Source: Geobacteraceae bacterium (GTDB lineage: Bacteria > Desulfobacterota > Desulfuromonadia > Desulfuromonadales > Geopsychrobacteraceae). Taken from it: a DNA stretch of 64,000 nucleotides. The position numbers and the translations under genes are program-made. Numbering within the stretch: position 1 is the stretch's first letter; the number at the start of each line of letters is the position of its first letter. The stretch spans positions 25,927 to 89,926 of the forward strand of contig SLDV01000075.1 in the NCBI GenBank assembly GCA_007125165.1, in the 5' to 3' direction. Shown here one piece after another: positions 1 to 9,111 of this stretch. The notes beneath the pieces were generated by a model. That model ran no database searches and was not told where the DNA came from. It was given only the letters and a program-made list of their open reading frames with translations.

Positions 1-417
1 CGCACCGTATTTTTTTGCCAGTTTGCAGATACGATCGAGACTGGCACCACCATCTTCAAGGTTGATCGAATTGATAATGGCGCGCCCCGGGTAGAGCGGC
101 AACACCTTTTCAAGGGTAGCGGGACTGGTGGAATCGAACATCAGGGGGGCTTTACACGATCCGGCAAACAGGCGAGTCAAGCGGATCATGTCGGTCAGCT
201 CATCACGGCCGGCATAAGCAACACACAGATCAATCACCTGCGCTCCGCGTGCTTCCTGATCGAGGGCGACTTTCAGACAGGCGCTGTCATCTTCAGCCAG
301 AAGTGCTTCTTTGAACGCCTTGGAGCCGTTGGGATTACAACGCTCCCCGATCAACAGCGGCGGGATTTCCTGGTGCAGTTCAACAGCCTGATAGAGACTT
401 GCAACAGAGGCTTTCAT
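1..417 (-). CDS. Methionine-synthase pterin-binding (methyl-THF binding) domain protein; 3' end cut by window edge
   Basis: Own minus-strand translation from ATG at 417: MKASVASLYQAVELHQEIPPLLIGERCNPNGSKAFKEALL..AQVIDLCVAYAGRDE..MFDSTSPATLEKVL..AIINSINLEDGG. This resembles the MetH pterin-binding module. ATGA start/stop overlap with the upstream ORF. Absent from the ORF track because there is no stop inside the window. Confidence 0.75.
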   Translation of the reverse strand, partial: MKASVASLYQAVELHQEIPPLLIGERCNPNGSKAFKEALLAEDDSACLKVALDQEARGAQVIDLCVAYAGRDELTDMIRLTRLFAGSCKAPLMFDSTSPATLEKVLPLYPGRAIINSINLEDGGASLDRICKLAKKYGA

Positions 418-1337
418 GCCGTCACCTCCCGCTGGACCGGAATAACATCCTCAAGGCGCGTTGCCAGCGCAGCAATATGGGTCGGGCTGGTTCCGCAACA
501 ACCACCAACAATACTGACACCCTGCCGGGTCACAAAGCGCCACATCTGTTCAGCAAAATCCTCAGGGGTCAAAGGATAATGGGTTTTTCCATCAACAACT
601 TCAGGCATTCCCTGGTTGGGAATGACTGAAATTCGGCCAGGCCAATGCCGGCTGAGATAATGAACATGGGACACCATATCCTGTGGACCTGTTGCACAAT
701 TGAGCCCCAGAGAAAACAGGGGAAAAGGCTCAAGGGTAGCAACAACTGCGGCAATGTCACTACCTACGAGCATGGTGCCTTGTTGCTCAATAGTGACAGA
801 AGCCAGTACCGGCAACGTCAGTCCGGCAGATTCGAGCATTTCAAATGCTGCAATCATGGCAGTCTTGGTCTGCAGCATATCCTGACAGGTTTCAATAATC
901 AGACAATCAACACCGGCATCAAGCAATGCGGCAATCTGTTCGGATGTGGAACTCTTTAAACTGTCAACATCAATATGGCCAAGAGATGGCAACTTGGTGC
1001 CGGGGCCGACAGATCCGGCAATAAAAGCATTTTCCCTGTCAGAAATCGCACTCCTGGCAATCTCTACTGCTTTCATATTGATTTCACGAACCTTGTCCTG
1101 CAGACCATACTCAGCCAGAACCACGCTGGAGGCTCCAAAAGTGTTTGTTTCCAGTACCATAGCACCAGCAGCAAGCATCGAGGCATGCAGACGATGAATA
1201 TGATGAGGAGCACTCAGGTTGAGAAGTTCGTTACACCCCTCGCATCCCTGCCACTCCGCTTGTGAAATATCATAAAGCTGCAGATTTGTACCGCAAGCTC
1301 CATCGAAAATGAGTATTGGAATATCCGTAAGTTTCAT
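414..1337 (-). CDS. Homocysteine S-methyltransferase (Hcy-binding) domain protein, stand-alone MetH N-terminal module
   Basis: 307 aa. N-terminal ILIFDGACGTNLQ and C-terminal Zn-ligand motif IVGGCCGTSPTHI are typical of the MetH/BHMT Hcy domain. Confidence 0.85.
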   Translation of the reverse strand: MKLTDIPILIFDGACGTNLQLYDISQAEWQGCEGCNELLNLSAPHHIHRLHASMLAAGAMVLETNTFGASSVVLAEYGLQDKVREINMKAVEIARSAISDRENAFIAGSVGPGTKLPSLGHIDVDSLKSSTSEQIAALLDAGVDCLIIETCQDMLQTKTAMIAAFEMLESAGLTLPVLASVTIEQQGTMLVGSDIAAVVATLEPFPLFSLGLNCATGPQDMVSHVHYLSRHWPGRISVIPNQGMPEVVDGKTHYPLTPEDFAEQMWRFVTRQGVSIVGGCCGTSPTHIAALATRLEDVIPVQREVTA

Positions 1338-1509
1338 CTGCTATCCGTAAAAAAGTGTTATGATCAATTTATATCTGAACAAGCTGGTCAAAATCGTGGA
1401 CATAGTAACCAGAGCGTGCACGCCTGTCCAGCTTCAAGATTTATTCTCTTGACTTATGTTGGCCGTGCCTTATTATTAAAACTTAACTATTATCCCTGCG
1501 ACGAGAATA

Positions 1510-3078
1510 ATGAGCAACTTAAAAAGTAGCGGAAATACAATGCAGACAGCTTCCCAACATAATAAAATTATAAAATTGATTGAAAACAATCTGCAGTTGC
1601 CCTCGCCTCCTGCTATTGCGGTTACTATCCTCAATGCCGTCAAGAAAGACGAAACCCCCCTGACGGCCCTTGGTGATGTCATTGCCAAAGATCCGGCATT
1701 AACTGCCAAGATGCTAAAAATTGCCAATTCCGGAATTTTCTACCGCAAGGGAAATATCTCCAATATACAAAGAGCCATGGTGGCTTTGGGGACCGATGTC
1801 ATCAAAAACATTGCCCTGTCCTTTGTTATTACATCAGACTGCCGGGGTACCGAGAATTCCGGATTCAACATGGACCATTTCTGGCAACAGTCTGTTGCGG
1901 CTGCTGTTTCTGCAGAGCTGTTGGCGCGGGAATTAAAGCAACAGAATGAAAATATATTTGTCACCGCCCTGCTTAAAGATATAGGTATTCTTGTCCTTTC
2001 CCAGGAAAAAGGAGACATCTATAACCGTCTGATCAGCGAAGTTACCGACAACTGCATGCTTGCCGAAGCAGAAAACAAACTGTTTGGATTCAATCACGGC
2101 CAGGTCGGTTATGCTCTTTTGTCTCATTGGAATCTTTCTGAGAATATCTGCGAACCGATCCTGTACCATGCTAACCCGGATCAGGCTCCTGAAGACAGCC
2201 GCCACACCGCTTCCATACTTTTTTATGCCGGGCAGATAGCATCTTTATGCCTGGATTATGGCGCTACCGTCACTGCACCGACGCTTCACGACGAGCTTGA
2301 AAAGCGTTTTGGGTTTTCCGAGCAGCAAACCTACAGCCTGATTGATGAAGCCGCAAATAAGACCAATGAGATTATCGACTTTTTCGAGATTGAATCTGAC
2401 AACCTCGTTCCCTATTCCACATTGCTGCAACAGGCTAATACCGAATTGACCCGAATCAACCTGAGCAAGGAACAGATGGTTCTGGAGCTCAATGTTGCCA
2501 GAGTTAGATCCGAACGGATGGCCCGCCAGTTACAGGAAAGCAATGCGCGACTGCGTGAACTGGTTTATCGGGACGGCCTCACCGGACTCTACAATCATCG
2601 TTACTTCCATGAAGCTTTCGATAAAGAACTGGCGCGTTCAAGACGCTACCATTCCTCTCTCTCGTTGATTTTGTTTGATCTTGACCACTTCAAGAGACTT
2701 AATGATCGCTATGGTCATCCGGCTGGTGATGTTGTCTTGATGAATGTTGCCAAAGCAGTCTGTTCTGCTGTTCGACCCTGTGACATCATGGCCCGGTACG
2801 GGGGCGATGAATTTGCCATTATCCTGCCTGAAACAGGTGCTGAAGGAGCCAGGGTCTTTGCCTCACGGCTGCGGCGCTGTGTAGAAGGCATAGCAACCCA
2901 CCACCAGGACCAGGTAATTTGCGTCACGATGAGCGCCGGCATTACCACGACCACCCCGGAAACTCTGGAAGTTACCAAGGATGAATTGATTCTGGCTACA
3001 GATCAGGCCCTTCTGCTATCAAAAAGCAGTGGCAGAAACCAGGTATCTTCCCTGGATATGCGGCAGGTTGAAAGCTGA
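1510..3078 (+). CDS. HDOD domain / GGDEF diguanylate cyclase
   Basis: 522 aa. HDOD-like N-terminus (LPSPPAIAVTILNAVKKDE), coiled coil, then a GGDEF domain with an intact ARYGGDEFAIILPE and an RxxD I-site (RPCD) just upstream. Confidence 0.85.
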   Translation: MSNLKSSGNTMQTASQHNKIIKLIENNLQLPSPPAIAVTILNAVKKDETPLTALGDVIAKDPALTAKMLKIANSGIFYRKGNISNIQRAMVALGTDVIKNIALSFVITSDCRGTENSGFNMDHFWQQSVAAAVSAELLARELKQQNENIFVTALLKDIGILVLSQEKGDIYNRLISEVTDNCMLAEAENKLFGFNHGQVGYALLSHWNLSENICEPILYHANPDQAPEDSRHTASILFYAGQIASLCLDYGATVTAPTLHDELEKRFGFSEQQTYSLIDEAANKTNEIIDFFEIESDNLVPYSTLLQQANTELTRINLSKEQMVLELNVARVRSERMARQLQESNARLRELVYRDGLTGLYNHRYFHEAFDKELARSRRYHSSLSLILFDLDHFKRLNDRYGHPAGDVVLMNVAKAVCSAVRPCDIMARYGGDEFAIILPETGAEGARVFASRLRRCVEGIATHHQDQVICVTMSAGITTTTPETLEVTKDELILATDQALLLSKSSGRNQVSSLDMRQVES

Positions 3079-3197
3079 CAACCACTTCTAGTAACTGTTT
3101 TGTTCCACATCATTTGAGCTGAAGCAACTGGATACTCATCAGACATCATGGTAACTTATGTTAATTGTGTTCGAGTCTCCACAATAACGGGTCTGCC

Positions 3198-4331
3198 ATG
3201 GCTGAGTCAGTTCAAGCACAATTCAAGCTTGACCCTGTTGACAACGGGTTAATGCTCCATTTAATCGGCAGCTGGTCTTATTCAGCCGACATTCCTGACG
3301 CGACCACCCTTCTGCCTCACATCAATAGCTTCCAGGCGAATTCTGTGTCTTTCAACACCGAGCAGCTTTATACCTGGGACACAGGCTTGATGACTTTTCT
3401 GATCGACCTGATCGACACCTGTGAAAAGAACAATATCAGGGTCGACAAGAGCAACCTCCCCGATGGCGCTAAGCGATTGCTGAATCTCGCATACGCTGTA
3501 CCTGAACGCAAAGGTGCGCGCAGGAGGATTCTGGGCCAGCCGGTATTGGCCATGATCGGCAACGTCACTATTGAAATGCACCGCACCTGGAACGAAATGC
3601 TGATCTTTATCAGCGATCTCTGCCGAGCTGTATACAACCTGATTCTTGGCCGGGCCCGAATGCGTGCATCGGACCTCTTTTATCAGATTGAGGCTGCCGG
3701 CCCATCAGCTTTAATGATCGTTACCCTGATCAGCACACTTGTCGGCATGATTCTGGCCTTTGTCGGTGCCGTGCAATTACGTCTTTTCGGCGCTGAGATT
3801 TTTATTGCCAACCTGGTTGGCCTCGGTATGGCCCGTGAGATGGGAGCCATCATGACAGCCATCATCATGGCAGGTCGCAGCGGATCAGCATATGCCGCTC
3901 AACTCGGCACCATGCAGGTCAATGAAGAGATCGACGCTCTAAAAACGATGGGTATTTCACCCATTGAATTTCTTGTCCTGCCACGTTTGTTGGCTCTCTG
4001 TATCACTATGCCGTTATTGTGTATATATTCGATTTTCATGGGAATTTTAGGTGGTGCTATTGTCAGCGCCGGTCTTTTTGAATTGTCATTTTATCAGTAC
4101 TACCAACAGATACAGGATTTTGTACCGTTAAAACATTTCATTATCGGCATCATCAAAGCGGCAATTTTCGGTGTACTGGTATCTACTGCCGGTTGCTTTC
4201 GCGGTCTCCAATGTGGACGTAGTGCATCCGCAGTCGGTTTTGCTGCGACCAGCGCGGTTGTCACCTCATTAGTGCTGATTATCGTTGCCGACGCAGTCAT
4301 TACCGTTATCTGCCAGGTTCTGGGGGTTTGA
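3198..4331 (+). CDS. mlaE: MlaE-family ABC permease with N-terminal STAS-like extension
   Basis: Track ORF 3165..4331 starts at TTG and is trimmed to the first ATG (3198). The C-terminal ~260 aa are multi-TM MlaE/YrbE-like (GAIMTAIIMAGRSGSAYAAQLGTMQVNEEIDAL). Stop overlaps the next ATG (TGATG). Confidence 0.8.
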   Translation: MAESVQAQFKLDPVDNGLMLHLIGSWSYSADIPDATTLLPHINSFQANSVSFNTEQLYTWDTGLMTFLIDLIDTCEKNNIRVDKSNLPDGAKRLLNLAYAVPERKGARRRILGQPVLAMIGNVTIEMHRTWNEMLIFISDLCRAVYNLILGRARMRASDLFYQIEAAGPSALMIVTLISTLVGMILAFVGAVQLRLFGAEIFIANLVGLGMAREMGAIMTAIIMAGRSGSAYAAQLGTMQVNEEIDALKTMGISPIEFLVLPRLLALCITMPLLCIYSIFMGILGGAIVSAGLFELSFYQYYQQIQDFVPLKHFIIGIIKAAIFGVLVSTAGCFRGLQCGRSASAVGFAATSAVVTSLVLIIVADAVITVICQVLGV

Positions 4332-5080
4332 TGTCACCGACACCTCATCTTCAGGTAAAAAATCTGACCATGGCCTACGCTGACACGGTTATTCAGCAAA
4401 ACCTGAACTTCAGCGTCAACCATGGTGAGATCTTCATTATCATGGGCGGTAGCGGTTGTGGCAAAAGCACTCTGTTGCGTCACCTCATCGGCCTTATGGA
4501 GCCGGCTACTGGAGAAATCCTGATTGGAGGCGCCGACATCTGGACCAGTTCCGCAAAAGAACGATCCCGCATGATAAGCCGCACTGGCGTACTGTATCAG
4601 AGCGGCGCTCTCTTCAGTTCCATGACCCTGGGGGAAAACATCGCGTTACCTTTATCGGAATACAGCTCTTTGAACAAGGAGCAGATCGCCAAGGTTGTTT
4701 CTTACAAGCTGTCTCTTGTCGGGTTGAGCGGCTTTGAGGATTATTATCCGTCAGAAATCAGCGGTGGCATGCGAAAACGAGCCGGGCTCGCCAGAGCAAT
4801 GGCCCTTGACCCTGACATTCTTTTCATTGATGAACCCTCAGCAGGGCTTGATCCGGTCAGCTCAAGACTGCTTGACAGGTTGATTCTCGAACTTCGTGAC
4901 AGCCTTGGGACGACTGTTATCATGGTCACTCATGAGCTGGAGAGCATTTTCTCGGTCGGCGATACTGCCATTTTCCTTGATACCGATGAAAAAACAATGA
5001 TCGCATCCGGTCCACCAAGGTCTCTACTCGCAGAATCAACTGATTCAAGAGTACGCAACTTCCTGGCCCGGGCCGGCTGA
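4331..5080 (+). CDS. mlaF: ABC transporter ATP-binding protein (MlaF-like)
   Basis: Walker A GGSGCGKST, signature ISGGMRKRAGLA, Walker B ILFIDEPSAGLD, H-loop VTHE. Confidence 0.9.
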   Translation: MSPTPHLQVKNLTMAYADTVIQQNLNFSVNHGEIFIIMGGSGCGKSTLLRHLIGLMEPATGEILIGGADIWTSSAKERSRMISRTGVLYQSGALFSSMTLGENIALPLSEYSSLNKEQIAKVVSYKLSLVGLSGFEDYYPSEISGGMRKRAGLARAMALDPDILFIDEPSAGLDPVSSRLLDRLILELRDSLGTTVIMVTHELESIFSVGDTAIFLDTDEKTMIASGPPRSLLAESTDSRVRNFLARAG

Positions 5081-5117
5081 TGGCGGCACCGCTAAAAGAA
5101 TAAAGGACATATCTGTT

Positions 5118-6200
5118 ATGTACACACGAAAAAAGGTAGACCCGAGAGTTATCGGAATTTTTGTGATCGGTGCTATCCTCCTCATTGTTGCCAGCCTGCT
5201 TTTTTTTGGACCTGGTGGTCTTTTCTCTGAAACCAGGCGCTACGTCATTTATTTTGAAGGCTCCGTCAAGGGGCTTAGTGTTGGTTCACCAGTTCGTTTC
5301 CGGGGAGTAAGGATAGGCCAGGTTAAAGAAATCAACATCAGTTTCCGGCCCAGCGATCTTGAGTTTCACATTCCTGTCATTATTGAACTGGATCCCCAAA
5401 AAATCAGGGCCGAGGGCTCTGAACAGGGACTATTTGAAACCCTCAAAACCACCGTTCAAGCGGAAGACCCTATCCTGCCGCTGATCACTGAAGGACTCAG
5501 GGCGCAGTTGCAGCTTGACAGTCTGGTGACCGGCCAACTCTTTGTCAATCTGGACATGATTCCGGGGTCACCTTTAACCCGGGTCGATATACCCAGTGAA
5601 TATCCGCAGATACCCGCCATCAGCGCCGGTCTTGCAGAATTGACAAAAACCATTGAAGAGATCCCCTTGCAATTACTTGTAGACAAACTGATGCAATCAG
5701 CGGATGGCGTCCAACGACTTTTCAACTCACCTCAACTGCACAACGCGATCGAACAGTTCGACACCACGACGGCCCTTCTGAATGATCTCTTGACCGAACT
5801 TAACAGCACCATTCCGGGCTTGATCAATAAAGCCGAAACAACTCTTGACAGCTCACATTCAACCCTTGCAGGAATAGACCAAAATATTGAGCTGGCCTTC
5901 AAGGAAATAGAGCTAACACTCGAAACAGCCCGCTCGACCCTCAATTCAATAGAGCAACGAGTGGAACCACTGGCAGCATCTTTTGACCGTGGGATGGACT
6001 CATTCACAGAAGCTTCCGACAGGGTGGCCAGTGCCATGACACAAGTTGAGTCACTTACTGCAGATGATTCTTTTTTACTGCAGCAGATCAGCTTGACCCT
6101 GCAGGAGCTTAACCGCACCCTGCGGAGCATGCGCTACCTTGCCGATGAAATAGAACGGAACCCACAAATCCTGTTGCGTGGTCGTGCAGTGGAGGACTAA
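5118..6200 (+). CDS. mlaD: MCE/MlaD-family substrate-binding protein
   Basis: 360 aa. N-terminal TM helix, MCE domain (VKGLSVGSPVRFRGVRIGQVKEI) and a long helical C-terminus. Lies in an operon after the permease and ATPase. Confidence 0.8.
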   Translation: MYTRKKVDPRVIGIFVIGAILLIVASLLFFGPGGLFSETRRYVIYFEGSVKGLSVGSPVRFRGVRIGQVKEINISFRPSDLEFHIPVIIELDPQKIRAEGSEQGLFETLKTTVQAEDPILPLITEGLRAQLQLDSLVTGQLFVNLDMIPGSPLTRVDIPSEYPQIPAISAGLAELTKTIEEIPLQLLVDKLMQSADGVQRLFNSPQLHNAIEQFDTTTALLNDLLTELNSTIPGLINKAETTLDSSHSTLAGIDQNIELAFKEIELTLETARSTLNSIEQRVEPLAASFDRGMDSFTEASDRVASAMTQVESLTADDSFLLQQISLTLQELNRTLRSMRYLADEIERNPQILLRGRAVED

Positions 6201-6203
6201 ACG

Positions 6204-6791
6204 ATGATATTCCGATGGATTTCTCTTTGTGCCCTGATTCTTGCTACTACAGCCTGCATACAGCTTCAGGGGGCAGCGCCGGTAAGCCGTTATTTTCTTC
6301 TTGAACCCATGACCGACACTGCCAAAACATACCCAGAAATAACTTCAAGCATATCTATTGAACTTATTGATTTTCCAGACTATTTAAGGAGGCCACAGGT
6401 TGTGGTGCAGAAGCGGGACAATGTCCTTCACTTCTCAGACAATCAGCGCTGGGCAACGGCCCTTGAAGACAATATAGTAGCTGTTGTAAGAAGCAATCTT
6501 GAGCTGTTGATACCTCATGCTACAATCGCTATTGGTCCCTGGAAGGGAAACCGGAATGTTGATAAAAGGCTGCAATTATCGGTTAGAAAGTTTACCGGTA
6601 TTTTAGGTCAGCGATCTGACGTCAATATACGTTGGCGGGTAACTTCACTTGACGGCAAAGAACATTCAGGTTTCTTTGTCCATCAACACCTGATCGATGA
6701 CAGCTATGAGGCTCTGATTAGAGCTTTGAACCTGGGCTTGGAAGAAATGAGCAAAGAGCTGGTGACAGTTCTGGTTAAGCCGGGAGCCTAA
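6204..6791 (+). CDS. ABC-transport auxiliary lipoprotein (PqiC/DUF330-like)
   Basis: 195 aa. Signal peptide with lipobox LATTAC. Sits directly after the MCE gene, as in Pqi/Mla-type systems. Confidence 0.6.
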   Translation: MIFRWISLCALILATTACIQLQGAAPVSRYFLLEPMTDTAKTYPEITSSISIELIDFPDYLRRPQVVVQKRDNVLHFSDNQRWATALEDNIVAVVRSNLELLIPHATIAIGPWKGNRNVDKRLQLSVRKFTGILGQRSDVNIRWRVTSLDGKEHSGFFVHQHLIDDSYEALIRALNLGLEEMSKELVTVLVKPGA

Positions 6792-6824
6792 GGCTCCCGG
6801 CATTTCTTTGACGGAGAGACTAGA

Positions 6825-8243
6825 TCAACTCAGAATAAACTCTTTGCCCGCTGCGATCAGTTCTTGCAAATCTTTTTCGCTCGCAGCCTCGGCGTACAGT
6901 CTGACTACCGGCTCGGTACCTGATTTGCGGAACAGGAGCCACGAACCATCGGCAAAAAGAAACTTGTTACCGTCGATGCGAATAACATCCGTTATCGTCC
7001 GGCCGTCAATCTCTCCGGGCGGACAGGCCAGCTTTGCCGGCAGCCTTTGTTCCAATTCGGCTGATAAGCGAATATTGATCCGCCGGGTGTAAATCTCACC
7101 AACACGGGCGTAGAGATCTGCAATCAACGCCTTCAGGGATTTCTTCTCTACTGCAACCATCTCTGCTACCAGCAGACAGGCCAGGATTCCATCTTTTTCA
7201 GGGACATGGCCGCGAACTGTCAGTCCGGCACTCTCCTCTCCCCCAATCAGGATTTTACCGGCGCTTATATACTCACCGATAAACTTGAAACCAACCGGCG
7301 TTTCGAGCACCTTAACCCGGTGATGATCTGCTACGGCATCTATCAGGTGCGACGTTGCTACGCTCCGGGCGGCATCTCCTGTCAGTCCTTTACGACGGAT
7401 CATGTAATCAAACAAGAGCGCCAAAATATAGTTCGGCTCGATATAGGTTCCATCGCTATCGACAATGCCGAATCGATCAGCATCGCCATCGGTCGCCAGT
7501 CCGAGGCCAATCTCGTCGTCTTCCTTGATCAGCTTGATAAAATCGGCAATGTGGGCTTCTGCCGGTTCCGGTGGTTCCCCTCCAAAGTAGGGATCTAGAT
7601 GGGCGTTGATAGTGACTACCTGTACACCAGCTTGTTCAAGAAGTGTATCGAGATAACCACGTCCGGTCCCATAAAGAGGATTGACAGCAATGCGCAGCCC
7701 TGCTCCGGCGATCGCGTCAAAATCTATCAGTTTTTTTAAGGTATCAAAATATGATGGCCGCGGATCAATTTCTGAATAAAGGTTTTCGGCTTCAGCTTTA
7801 TCCAGAGCCACCACAGGAACATCGCTGTCCTGCAACGCGTTAGCACGGGCTTCTATATCACTGGTAGTCTGCGGCAGCGCCGGGCCACCCCAGGCCGGAG
7901 AAAATTTGATTCCATTATAATCATAGGGGTTGTGGCTGGCAGTAAAATTGATAGCGCCGGCAGCATGGCGGCGCAGCAATTCATGGGCAATAACCGGGGT
8001 CGGTGTATCACGATCACACAGATACGATGGAATGCCTGCGGCTGCCAGAACGCGAACTGTTTCCCGGGCAAAATCCTTACCCATGAAACGGGCATCATAG
8101 CCGATGACCACTCCTTGATCAGCAATTCCCTCTTGAGTCAGGTGGTCAGCAATCGCCCTACTGACAGCACGTACATTATTGAAGGTAAAGTCGTCACACA
8201 GGATCGCCCGCCAGCCAGAAGTGCCAAATTTAATCTGTGTCAT
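6825..8243 (-). CDS. Phosphoglucomutase/phosphomannomutase family protein
   Basis: 472 aa. Active-site TASHNP, metal loop TDGDADRFG, sugar loop GGEESAG. Confidence 0.9.
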   Translation of the reverse strand: MTQIKFGTSGWRAILCDDFTFNNVRAVSRAIADHLTQEGIADQGVVIGYDARFMGKDFARETVRVLAAAGIPSYLCDRDTPTPVIAHELLRRHAAGAINFTASHNPYDYNGIKFSPAWGGPALPQTTSDIEARANALQDSDVPVVALDKAEAENLYSEIDPRPSYFDTLKKLIDFDAIAGAGLRIAVNPLYGTGRGYLDTLLEQAGVQVVTINAHLDPYFGGEPPEPAEAHIADFIKLIKEDDEIGLGLATDGDADRFGIVDSDGTYIEPNYILALLFDYMIRRKGLTGDAARSVATSHLIDAVADHHRVKVLETPVGFKFIGEYISAGKILIGGEESAGLTVRGHVPEKDGILACLLVAEMVAVEKKSLKALIADLYARVGEIYTRRINIRLSAELEQRLPAKLACPPGEIDGRTITDVIRIDGNKFLFADGSWLLFRKSGTEPVVRLYAEAASEKDLQELIAAGKEFILS

Positions 8244-8317
8244 TTTTGTTCTTTCTCCTTTAGAAAAATATGCGGCAGTATATCACAATAAAGACATGAC
8301 AAAACGCATATGATTTA

Positions 8318-8451
8318 CTGATTGGAACTAATCTACCGTAGATGCCATCTTATCCTCTCCCTCTGAGGGAGAGGGCCAGGGTGAGTGGGAGATTTTGATC
8401 TTCCAAAGCCCCCTCATCATGGCTTTCAGCCACCTTCTCCCCCAGGAGAAG
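8318..8451 (+). repeat. MITE-like element copy A (5' ~134 bp conserved; 3' end degenerate, probably to ~8505)
   Basis: Aligns by eye with 52307..52440: ctgattggaactaatctaccgtagat..tctccct..gagagggccagggtgag..ccaccttctcccccaggagaag. After 8451 there is a ~35-bp unique insertion, then ctcacaagg similarity. Confidence 0.75.
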
Positions 8452-8757
8452 CTTCGGGGCAACGTCTCGCGTGCAGATCGAGGTACTCACAAGGCGTCCT
8501 GGTGTAAAAAATCCTTCCCTGTTAATTGTATTTTTCGTAGCAACAACGACCACATCGGTCACATATTGATTCCCATTCTACCACTGATATTTTCAACTAT
8601 TTGCCTCGTCCATATTTTGCCGATTGACAACCCTGAAAAACACGATGAGCACGGCAAAGCAAATTATCGATAAAAACCATTGACTCAAAAACACAAATTC
8701 GATATTAGTTAGCGTTCTTAAGTTCCGAACCAAAGAAATTTCAGGAGGAAATACAAG

Positions 8758-9048
8758 ATGCAGTGTCAAACAGTTCTTCCCGGCACAGAATGCAGTTTCT
8801 GGAAAAAGGCCGGTTGTACCGCTGAAGGTGGCAGTTGTAAAGTCGTCGTTGAAGAATGCCAAGGTTGCAACCGAGTCGTCACTGGCACCATTGGTGATGT
8901 CTGCTCATCCTATCCTGATCCCTCAGCAAAGTGGATGTCGGGCCTGTGTAACTTTGCCACCCACAAGAAGATTGATCTCAAATCAGAAGATGTCCGGATC
9001 AATCCCCTTAAAGCTGCCAAGCGGGCTGCTGCCGGCAAGAAAAAATAA
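8758..9048 (+). CDS. Small Cys-rich protein with PxxKW motif (PxxKW family-like)
   Basis: 96 aa with 8 Cys. AGGAGG SD upstream and a strong terminator downstream. Motif DPSAKW. The family name is recalled from deltaproteobacterial annotations and was not searched. Confidence 0.6.
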   Translation: MQCQTVLPGTECSFWKKAGCTAEGGSCKVVVEECQGCNRVVTGTIGDVCSSYPDPSAKWMSGLCNFATHKKIDLKSEDVRINPLKAAKRAAAGKKK

Positions 9049-9073
9049 CTATTTCTCAGCTTATTTCTGTAAA

Positions 9074-9111
9074 GGCACAGGCTGCAACTTGACAGCCTGT
9101 GCCTTTTTTTT
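9074..9111. terminator. Intrinsic terminator between convergent genes
   Basis: 11-bp stem ggcacaggctg/cagcctgtgcc, 8-nt loop, T8 run on the plus strand. Confidence 0.8.

Noticed and set aside
1338-1509. SAM or cobalamin riboswitch upstream of the split metH-like genes
   Set aside because: Some local hairpins and mutually exclusive pairings are present (AAGCTGG/CCAGCTT versus GGACA/TGTCC). There is no B12 box and no SAM-I core (GAGGGA...GCAACC), so this is not supportable.
3165-3197. N-terminal extensions from non-ATG track starts or from upstream in-frame start codons (also 4328, 10317, 19276, 25762, 28747, 50848, 56853, 60929)
   Set aside because: Internal ATGs give better SD spacing and canonical family N-termini (signal peptide, P-loop, HMA domain and so on), so the starts were trimmed.
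8350-8673. ORFs 8350..8562 (-) and 8395..8673 (+)
   Set aside because: They are translations of MITE copy A (PLSLRERARVRG-type peptides). The same peptides recur wherever the repeat occurs.
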